Made by a program: the position numbers and the translations under genes
Part shown: positions 27,075 through 34,700 of the stretch, one piece after another
Numbering within the stretch: the first letter of the stretch is position 1
Layout: each line of letters starts with the position of its first letter
The notes under the pieces: generated by a model
Databases searched by the model: none
Seen by the model: the letters and a program-made list of their open reading frames with translations, nothing else
What the model was told of the DNA's origin: nothing
Origin: Gemmatimonadota bacterium
GTDB taxonomy: Bacteria; Gemmatimonadota; Gemmatimonadetes; Gemmatimonadales; GWC2-71-9
Direction of reading: 5' to 3'
DNA: 64,000 bases
Assembly: GCA_003221005.1 (NCBI GenBank)
Contig: QHTZ01000067.1
Coordinates: forward strand, 38,116 to 102,115

Positions 27075-27766
27075 GGAGCCACGCGAATCTCGTACACGGT
27101 CAATTTCTCGTTGATCAAGTCGCGTTCGCGTACGACACGCACGCTCAGATGGGTTGCCGACCACAGCGCCGTGGCGATGTCGCCATCACTCGAGAGCACG
27201 ACGAGAGCGCGCCCCCCGGGCGTCAGGTGTGCGGGGACCTCACGCAGAAAGCGATCGAAGACATCGAGGCTCCGCCATGCGGAGTCGGAGAGGTTCCGCG
27301 GCCGGCCGCGAAAGTACGGGGGGTTGAAGAGGATCACGTCAAAGCGCTCACCGTGCACCGGCTCGAACAAATCGCCCACGCGGATTTCAATCCGCCGTTC
27401 GAGGCCGTGCGCCAGGGCGTTGAGCTGGGCACAGCGTGCCGCTTGCGGGTTAATGTCCGTCGCAATCACTTGCGCGGCGTAGCGGGCGGCAAAAATCGCA
27501 CCCAGGCCAGAGCCAGTGCCGACGTCGAGCGCGCGCGCGTCGGGTGGACAGATGTTCACATTGAGCGTCTGTGCGAGAAAGGCGCCCGTCCGCAGCTGCG
27601 CGCCGTTGAAAACGCCAGGGAGCACGACGATCCGCACCCCGCTGACGGTGTCGACGCGCAGCTGTGTATCCTCCCGCAACCGCAGCCGTCGCCACAGGCG
27701 CCAAGACCAGCGAGATACCGCGCGGGCCCAGCCCTGGCTGCCCGCGCCCCATTGCCCCAGGTTCAT
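27071..27766 (-). CDS. NPPY-motif SAM methyltransferase (HemK/PrmC-like small-domain MTase)
   Basis: ALDVGTGSGLGAIFAA and DVILFNPPYF. GGAGG lies 6 nt upstream of the ATG at 27766. Confidence 0.75.
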   Translation of the reverse strand: MNLGQWGAGSQGWARAVSRWSWRLWRRLRLREDTQLRVDTVSGVRIVVLPGVFNGAQLRTGAFLAQTLNVNICPPDARALDVGTGSGLGAIFAARYAAQVIATDINPQAARCAQLNALAHGLERRIEIRVGDLFEPVHGERFDVILFNPPYFRGRPRNLSDSAWRSLDVFDRFLREVPAHLTPGGRALVVLSSDGDIATALWSATHLSVRVVRERDLINEKLTVYEIRVAP

Positions 27767-27785
27767 GCGCGACCTCCGGGGCTGT

Positions 27786-28859
27786 TCATAGCGCCGTCCG
27801 CACTCCGACCTGCAGTGTGCAGACGCAGCGGCGACAAGTCGCGTCTGCTGCAACATTCAATCCGCGCCGAAACGCGACCATCTCGTTCGCCAAGATCTCG
27901 CGCAAGCGCCTTTCGCGAATGTTGCCAACCACCGGGTGGAAATAGCACGGACGTACCGCGCCGTCGGCTTCGACCACGGCGCTTGCCCACGGCGCGTTGC
28001 ACCGTACCGAGGGAAAGTCAGCAAGCCCGCGCTGTGCGGCGTAGTACTTGGGCAACCGCCGCAACTTCTCCGGTGCCTCGGCAACAAACCGGGACTCGAA
28101 ATCCCTGGCGTGTGAGGCAATGGTGTCCTCAACCACCCGCGCGAATTCCTCGATCTCGTCCTTCTTCAGGAGCAGTCCTCGCATCGAGGACGCTGTCCGC
28201 AAGGTCCTCTCCGCTGCGGCGCCACCCGCCGTAGACGTTCGTCCGAACGCTTCGCTCGTCACGTCGGCGGCAAGAAACGAGATCCCATCGAGTCCCATGG
28301 CGTGCGCCTTGTCGATCAACTGGGACAGCTCCCCAAAGTTGTGACGATGGATGGTGCTGCGCGCCAGCACGGGCATCAGCGGCGACAAGGTCTTCAAGCG
28401 TTTCACGCCGCTCTCGATTACCCTGAGCCCGTCCACCCCGCGAATCTGGTGATACAGCGAGGCGGTGTGCCCGTCCAGGGAAATTGTCACCCGCTCAAAG
28501 TGCTCGACGACCGCCGCCGCATCACGTTCGAGAAACAAGCCGCTCGTCAGCAGATGCAATCTCACGCCGCGGGCTCGGAACAGCGCAGCAATCTGGTACA
28601 CGTCGCGCCGCAGCGTCGGCTCCCCGCCCGAGAACGTCACCAGCCGCGTCCTGAGGGCTGGCAGCTCGTCGGTCAACCCGCGAATCTCGTCGAGCGTCAA
28701 ATCGCCGGCACCATCCGCCTTCCACCAGTCGCACGACACGCAGCGGGAGTTGCAGCGCGCGGTCGGAAAAAAAATGAGGATCGGCAGGGCAAACGTGCGA
28801 TCGGTCGCGCGATTGAGCTGCACGAGCAAATTGCTCGTGACCTGCGGGAGCGTTAACAT
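27786..28859 (-). CDS. Radical SAM enzyme with a C-terminal SPASM-type Cys cluster
   Basis: CxxxCxxC in FPTARCNSRCVSCDWW. C-terminal Cys-rich region VRCNAPWASAVVEADGAVRPCYF...TCRRCVC. Confidence 0.8.
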   Translation of the reverse strand: MLTLPQVTSNLLVQLNRATDRTFALPILIFFPTARCNSRCVSCDWWKADGAGDLTLDEIRGLTDELPALRTRLVTFSGGEPTLRRDVYQIAALFRARGVRLHLLTSGLFLERDAAAVVEHFERVTISLDGHTASLYHQIRGVDGLRVIESGVKRLKTLSPLMPVLARSTIHRHNFGELSQLIDKAHAMGLDGISFLAADVTSEAFGRTSTAGGAAAERTLRTASSMRGLLLKKDEIEEFARVVEDTIASHARDFESRFVAEAPEKLRRLPKYYAAQRGLADFPSVRCNAPWASAVVEADGAVRPCYFHPVVGNIRERRLREILANEMVAFRRGLNVAADATCRRCVCTLQVGVRTAL

Positions 28860-29065
28860 GGCTTTGGAGAGAGTCTATAGTAGCGTGCCTACGGAATGTC
28901 CACACGTGGAGTGGCTCACCCTCGAGCAGCCGCACCCCAGCCCGGCGTCGCTTCCTGAGACGGCTTGCCTTTCATGAAGTCATTGCCGTTCTGGGCCTCG
29001 GGGCGCCAGTGCCGTCGGCACGTATGCGAACAGCATGAAGCCGCTGAGACAGGTATCGTTCCTCC

Positions 29066-30040
29066 GTGAACCCAGGCACGCTGATATCGATCATCATTCC
29101 CACGTACAACCGGGCCAGGCTCCTGCGTGAAGCGGTGGAGTCGGTCCTCGCTCAAACATATCACGACTGGGAGCTGCTCGTGATTGACGACGGCTCTACC
29201 GACGGCTCCCGCACGTACCTCGGGACGCTCGCCCACCGGCGCCTTCGCCCGGTCCTGTTGGAGCACTCCGGCAACGCAGCACGGGTTCGCAATGCGGGAC
29301 TTCGCGCAGCCCGTGGCTCATACATCGCGTTCCTGGATTCGGACGATCTCTGGCACCCGGAGAAACTCGCACTTCAGATCGAGGACATGCACGCGCATCC
29401 TGAATGTGGCTGGAGCTATACTGGTCTGGCGCTTGTGGACGAGCGGGGGCAAGAGATCCCGCCGGTTGGCGGCCGCCGTGTGCCAGCTCAGCGGGGCTGG
29501 ATTCTCGAGGCCTTGATCAAGGGACAGGCTATCGCCGCCACCTCAGCAGTGCTCGTGCGGCGACAACTGCTCCAGAGGGTGGGCGACTTCGATGAATCCC
29601 TGCCCGTTTGTGAGGAGATCGATCTCTTCTTCAGATTCGCCGAGGCGAGCCCGGCGACCGTCGTGTGCCGGCCGTTGGTGTCGTGCCGTCGCCACCCGGG
29701 AAATGGGCCCTGGCCCCCCCTCGACGTCCTCGAGTGCAGGAATCGGGTTTACGACGGCCTGCTGGCCCGCACGTCGTCGCGGCGGCTGCGGCGCATCTGT
29801 CGACGGAGCAAGCTACGATTCACCGTGGCCCATCTGGGCAGGCTGCGAAGGACCGGGCTGTACGCCGAAACTCGACAGGCGCTTTCAATGTCGTTCCCGT
29901 ATGCAGGATTGCACCCGGCGTGGTGGGTCGCGTGCCTCCAGACATGGCTGCGGCGTTCGCCGGGAGGTGGGCCAGCGTCCCTCCGGCCCCCCCAAGGCCG
30001 TGCTGATCCGCCGCCAGTGGCTCGCGGTTCTTCTTCCTGA
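29066..30040 (+). CDS. GT2-family glycosyltransferase
   Basis: ISIIIPTYNRARLLREAVESVLAQTY...LLVIDDGSTDGS and FLDSDD. Confidence 0.85.
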   Translation: MNPGTLISIIIPTYNRARLLREAVESVLAQTYHDWELLVIDDGSTDGSRTYLGTLAHRRLRPVLLEHSGNAARVRNAGLRAARGSYIAFLDSDDLWHPEKLALQIEDMHAHPECGWSYTGLALVDERGQEIPPVGGRRVPAQRGWILEALIKGQAIAATSAVLVRRQLLQRVGDFDESLPVCEEIDLFFRFAEASPATVVCRPLVSCRRHPGNGPWPPLDVLECRNRVYDGLLARTSSRRLRRICRRSKLRFTVAHLGRLRRTGLYAETRQALSMSFPYAGLHPAWWVACLQTWLRRSPGGGPASLRPPQGRADPPPVARGSSS

Positions 30041-30094
30041 CAGTCAGTCATTGCGCACGCCGCGATGACGCTCAAGACGAGCCGGACCGTCCAG

Positions 30095-31087
30095 TCAGCG
30101 GAGCCACGCCGAGAGGTCGCGGCCAATGAAGTCGGCTGTGCCCAAGATCTGTTCGCGGTAGTAGTCGATGACCATGGCGCGATCGGCGGGATCCATGGTC
30201 ACGGCGGTCCGCGGTCCGCGGTACAGGCGCACGAGGAGTCGGCGGGCCGGTTCAGGGAGCCGAGTCGTCAGGGCTACCTCGCCAAGCAACCGTCGGCGCA
30301 AGGCGTGCAGGCGCGGGAACCGCGGTACGACGGGCACATTGTGCCGGCGCGATAGGTCCACTGGCACGTCGGGATCGATCTCCAGGAACTCAAAGATGTC
30401 CCGCAACACCGACCGCGCGTCCGCGCAAAAATCCTCGTATAAGTAGACGCGGAGGTGCTTTCGGGGGAACAAGGCCGCGTAGCGCTGCAGGTGGGTCGCG
30501 TATCGCCCCACGAGCACCCTCAGACCCTTCCAGGGATCCGGTCGGTCCGCTGCCTCGAGAAACTGAGCGCGGAATGTCTGGAGGCGGGGACGACGCCACA
30601 GGTTCGCCGCATACTCTGAGAACAGTCGCTGAGCCGGGTCTCGCAGCACGAAAATTAGGCGCGCGTCCGGCACGTGCGCGTGAATCGCCTCAGCGGCGCT
30701 GGGTAACCAGACATGATCGACGCTCGCGTCACCGATGGCGGTCTCCTCGCGCACACGCTGGAAGAGCTCCAGATAGTCCTCCCACTTTGCGACGACCCAC
30801 CTTCTCCCAGATACGTACTCCCACTTCGCGACTGCCCACCGTCTCTCAGGCTCCACCAGGCCCTTCCAATGCGGGTGCAAGTCTTCGAGCTCCTGCATTG
30901 ACTGGCGCACGACGCGATCACCGTTCGCGTCAGACAGGATGTCGGCCGCTCCGAAGAACGTCGGCTCCTTTGGCCAGCACATGTAAACCTGGGGATGTTG
31001 TTGCAGGTAGGCGTACAGCGAGGAGGTGCCGGCTTTGGGCACGCCCGCGAGAAAGAACGTCGGGAGCTTGCCCGTACCAGGTGTCAT
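30095..31087 (-). CDS. PAPS-dependent sulfotransferase
   Basis: 5'-PSB loop FFLAGVPKAGTSSLYAYL. 3'-PB motif FVLRDPAQRLFSEY. Confidence 0.8.
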   Translation of the reverse strand: MTPGTGKLPTFFLAGVPKAGTSSLYAYLQQHPQVYMCWPKEPTFFGAADILSDANGDRVVRQSMQELEDLHPHWKGLVEPERRWAVAKWEYVSGRRWVVAKWEDYLELFQRVREETAIGDASVDHVWLPSAAEAIHAHVPDARLIFVLRDPAQRLFSEYAANLWRRPRLQTFRAQFLEAADRPDPWKGLRVLVGRYATHLQRYAALFPRKHLRVYLYEDFCADARSVLRDIFEFLEIDPDVPVDLSRRHNVPVVPRFPRLHALRRRLLGEVALTTRLPEPARRLLVRLYRGPRTAVTMDPADRAMVIDYYREQILGTADFIGRDLSAWLR

Positions 31088-31412
31088 CAGATGGAACGGT
31101 ACCGCCGGCGGACGCGCACCGTCAATTGGAAGCCCTTCGGGGGCTTCAAGTTCCGGATCGACCTCCCGTCACCGAGCCTGCTCGCGACGCTGTGATCATG
31201 AGCCACGTGGACCTCGTCATTCGAGCTGCGGACCTGCGGACAGTAGTGCAGGCGTCCCAGAGGGCGCACCGCCCCGTCCAGACCGGGATCGCGCACCTTC
31301 ACCGATAGACCTTGGAGAGTCGCTCCGCGACGATCACGGCGGCGTTCGCCATGGGCGAACCGTGCATCGGCCCACGCGTCCCCGGGAACCGCGGGGCGGC
31401 GGGAGGCAGCCG

Positions 31413-32394
31413 CTATTCCCGCTGCGCCGCGGTCTGGAACAGTGGCAGGTACTGCGCGTACCCCTCTTCCCCCAACCGCTCCACAGGCATGACCCGCAGC
31501 CGAGCGGACTTCGGTGCGGGTCATGAACAGGCTGCGATCCGTCTTCTCTTTCACGTTCGGCGCCTCGAGCGGCCGCGTGAAACTCGGCCATCCGGTGCCG
31601 GAGTCGAACTTGTCGAATGAGCTGAAGAGCGGCTCCCCCGAGACCACGTCCACGTAGATCCCCGGATGGTGGTTGTCCCAGAAGTCGTTGTGGAACGGCC
31701 GCTCGGTGGCCTCGTGCTGCGTGACCTCATACTGCAGCGGCGTGAGCGAGCCCTTGAGCTCGGCGTCGCCCGGCTTTCGAAACTGCATGGGATTCCATCC
31801 TTTCTGACTCGCCACTCTGGATGCGTCCGCGCCCCACACTTCGCGCAGCCGCCGGTCGCGACCGCAGCCCAGGCGGTAGGCCTTGTAATACGCGGAATTC
31901 TTCCGATAGAAGTGCTGATGACGTTCCTCCGCAGGGTAGAACGCGGCCGCCGGCGCGATCAGCGTCACGATCGGCTGCCGAAACCGCCCCTCGAGGCTCC
32001 GCTTCGATTGCTCCGCGAGCCGCTGCTGCGTCGAGTCGTGGTAGAAGATCGCCGTGTGGTACTGCGGCCCGTGGTCGCAGAACTGGCCGTCGGCCTGGAG
32101 CGGATCGATGTTGTGCCAGAACGCGTCGAGTAGCGTCTCGTACGTCACCTTCCGCGGATCGTAGACGACCCGGACCGACTCGAGGTGCCCGGTGCCGCCG
32201 CTCGAGACTTCCTCGTACGTCGGATTTGCCGTGCGACCTCCAGTGAAGCCCACGGTCACCGCAGTGACGCCGTCGAGCTGGTCGAAGGGATGCTCCATTG
32301 ACCAGAAGCAGCCGCCTGCGAAGATCGCCGTGGCGCTGTCGCTCGGCGCCGCACCGGCGAGGAGCAGGCTGAGGACCGTGGACATGAAGAGCAT
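31413..32394 (-). pseudogene. msrAB: msrA-msrB fusion; the MsrA part is intact, the MsrB catalytic core is deleted and frameshifted
   Basis: MsrA motif [11 protein letters not shown]. MsrB reads GWPSFTRPL...MTRTEVRS and then loses HLGHVF...RYCINS. The genuine C-terminus [21 protein letters not shown]... resumes in the +1 frame and ends at the TAG at 31413-31415. The track ORF continues to 31087 only as out-of-frame read-through. Confidence 0.7.
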
Positions 32395-32603
32395 CTGGCT
32401 GGCTCCGATCGGGTTGAGTCGCTTGGCGACGCTCTCAATCTCGCCACGCGAACCCGCGGAGTGAAGCACCAGGACCGTCGGTGAGAGAACTGTCATCCTT
32501 CACTCATTCGGGAGGCGCGCAGCAGGGCACCGAACATTAGAACGGTCTCATCGGACGTCGCCGCTCGTTGCCGGCCTGGCCGGCTCCCCCGTAGCTTAGC
32601 GGC

Positions 32604-33278
32604 GTGCAGATCCTCGTGGTAGAAGACGATCGCGACCTGCGACGCTTTCTGAGCAAGGCGTTCCGCGAGGAGGGCTATGGGGTGGCCGAGACCGACTCCG
32701 GTGACCGGGCCCTCGACCGCGCTCTCGACGGCAGCTACAGCTGCATCATCCTGGACGTGATGCTGCCGGGGCGGGACGGCTTTAGCGTCGTCGCGGAGCT
32801 GCGCCAGCGCGGGGTCTTCACCCCGGTGCTGATGCTCACTGCCAAGGACGAGCTCGACGCCCGAGTGCGGGGGCTCGAAGGCGGCGCGGACGACTATCTC
32901 ACCAAACCGTTCGACTTGTCTGAGCTGATCGCGCGGGTGCACGCCATGATTCGCCGTTCCGAACTGCGCCACAAGGATGCAACGCTGAAGGTGGGCAACA
33001 TCGTCCTCGACCCGCTGACCCGCCGGGTGACGCAGGACGGGCGCGTCGTGGATCTGAGCCCGCGGGAGTTTTCCCTGCTCGAGTTCCTCATGCGCAACGC
33101 CGGCCGCACCGTGTCCCGCTCGCGCATCGCCGAGGCGGTCTGGAACTACAAGTTCGACCCGGAGACCAACGTGGTCGACGTCTACGTCAACTACCTCCGG
33201 AAGAAGCTCAGTTTCGCGGGAGCCACGGCGCCGATCCGCACGGTGCGCGGCACGGGCTACCGGCTCGAGACGCCGTGA
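32604..33278 (+). CDS. OmpR-family response regulator
   Basis: ILVVEDD...ILDVMLPGRDG...LTAKD...KPF receiver domain, plus a winged-helix C-terminus (RTVRGTGYRL). Confidence 0.9.
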   Translation: MQILVVEDDRDLRRFLSKAFREEGYGVAETDSGDRALDRALDGSYSCIILDVMLPGRDGFSVVAELRQRGVFTPVLMLTAKDELDARVRGLEGGADDYLTKPFDLSELIARVHAMIRRSELRHKDATLKVGNIVLDPLTRRVTQDGRVVDLSPREFSLLEFLMRNAGRTVSRSRIAEAVWNYKFDPETNVVDVYVNYLRKKLSFAGATAPIRTVRGTGYRLETP

Positions 33279-34621
33279 CCGAGGGCCGGCTCAGCGCGAT
33301 CCTCACGCGGCGGTTCCGCCGCGTCGCTTGGACGGCGCTCACCGGCTACACGCTGCTCGTCGTGGCGGCGTTCGTCGTCGCGGGCGAAGCGGTGCTGCGC
33401 CGCTCCCTCGAGCACTCCGCCGACGTGATCCAATCGCTGCTGGGCGCGTACACCGACTCAACCGGGGGACCGGGGAGCGTGATGCCCGCGACGCTGGCCG
33501 AGCAGCTCGTCGGCATGGGCGGCCAGGTTGTCATCACCCGCACGCGGACCAACGCCGGCGGGATGCAGGAAGTGTACTTCCTTTCGCCGGGCATGCCCGC
33601 CAAGCGGCTCGAGGGCATCCCCGCGAGTGCCTCCCCGGAGGACGTGCGCCAGGTGTTGCTCGCGGCGATTGCGCAGCGCGCGCGCTGGCGCTACCGCGTG
33701 CTGCACCGCTCGATGGGCACCTTCGACATCTACATCGTCGCGAGCCGCGAGCCGTATCTCGTCGCGCTCGCCGCCGTGGCGGCTGCGGCCCTGCTGTTAT
33801 TGCCCGGCGCCGCGCTCAGCGCCGGACGCGGCGCAGGCCAGGCCGTCGCGGCGGCGCTCGATCCCCTCGAGCGCGTGGCCGCCGAGACGCGCGCCATCGG
33901 CCCCGCCGAGCTCGGCAAACGGCTCACCAGCCCCACCGGCCAGGCGGAGGTCACGGAGCTCGCCGACAGCATCAACCGTATGCTCGAGCGCGTGGACCGG
34001 GCACACCGTGCCCTCGAGGCGTTCACCGCCGACGCGAGTCACGAGCTGCGCACGCCGCTTACCCACCTGCGCGCGCAGGTGCAGTGGGCCCTCGCCGAGG
34101 GGCGCTCCGAGCCGGAAGTGCGCGACGCGCTGATGGCGCTGGAGCGCGAGCTCGAGCGCACGACAAAGCTAGTCGAAGAGCTGCTGCTGATCGCCCGCGG
34201 GGAGAACCGCCAGCTCGCGCTCGCACACGAATCATTCGATCTTGCGACCGTGGTGGACGAGGTGCGGGAGATCACCGAAGCGATGGCGGTCGGCCGGGAT
34301 CTCGTCGTACGCTCCGACGCCCTCGACCCGACGCTGGCGGTGGGCGACGCCGATCGCACCCGTCACATCCTCCTCAACCTCGCCTCCAACGCCGTGCGCT
34401 ACACGCCGCGCGGCGAGATCACCTTCTCGCTGCGGCGCAACGTCGACCGGTTCTTCCGGATTGATCAGTCCCGCAGCCGCGCGCTCGGTGGCACGGGCCT
34501 GGGCCTTGCGATCGCACGCCTGCTTGCCGAGCTCCAGGGGGGCGAGATCACAGTGGAAAGCACACTTGGCGCGGGGAGTACGTTCACGGCGTGGCTGCCG
34601 GCGGCGCGCCTCACCCCCTGA
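33275..34621 (+). CDS. Sensor histidine kinase (2 TM, HAMP, HisKA, HATPase_c lacking the G1 box)
   Basis: H-box SHELRTPLT, N-box LLNLASNAVRYTP, G2 box GGTGLGLAI. Only 'RRNV' lies between ITFSL and DRFFRID, where the DxGxG (G1) segment normally sits. GTGA overlap with the regulator gene. Confidence 0.8.
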   Translation: MTEGRLSAILTRRFRRVAWTALTGYTLLVVAAFVVAGEAVLRRSLEHSADVIQSLLGAYTDSTGGPGSVMPATLAEQLVGMGGQVVITRTRTNAGGMQEVYFLSPGMPAKRLEGIPASASPEDVRQVLLAAIAQRARWRYRVLHRSMGTFDIYIVASREPYLVALAAVAAAALLLLPGAALSAGRGAGQAVAAALDPLERVAAETRAIGPAELGKRLTSPTGQAEVTELADSINRMLERVDRAHRALEAFTADASHELRTPLTHLRAQVQWALAEGRSEPEVRDALMALERELERTTKLVEELLLIARGENRQLALAHESFDLATVVDEVREITEAMAVGRDLVVRSDALDPTLAVGDADRTRHILLNLASNAVRYTPRGEITFSLRRNVDRFFRIDQSRSRALGGTGLGLAIARLLAELQGGEITVESTLGAGSTFTAWLPAARLTP

Positions 34622-34658
34622 CCCCCTCTCCGCGAGGCGCAGGCCTCACCCCCTCTGG

Positions 34659-34683
34659 CCCCTCTCCGCAATGCGGAGAGGGG
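34659..34683. terminator. Perfect 11-bp GC-rich hairpin between convergent genes (putative bidirectional terminator, no U-tract)
   Basis: CCCCTCTCCGC-aat-GCGGAGAGGGG. A partial direct copy (CCCTCTCCGC) lies at 34624-34633. Confidence 0.45.
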
Positions 34684-34700
34684 GAACGAGAGTGAGATGT

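Noticed and set aside
28860-28973. Tiny minus-strand ORFs upstream of the SPASM gene (MKGKPSQEATPGWGAAARG, MLFAYVPTALAPRGPERQ).
   Set aside because: They are under 20 codons, have no RBS and lie in a low-GC promoter-like region. There is not enough evidence to call them precursor peptides.
31087-31412. The C-terminal ~110 aa of the 469-aa 'MsrAB' ORF.
   Set aside because: This part is out of frame relative to the genuine MsrB C-terminus, which ends at 31413. It is a read-through artefact of high GC content.
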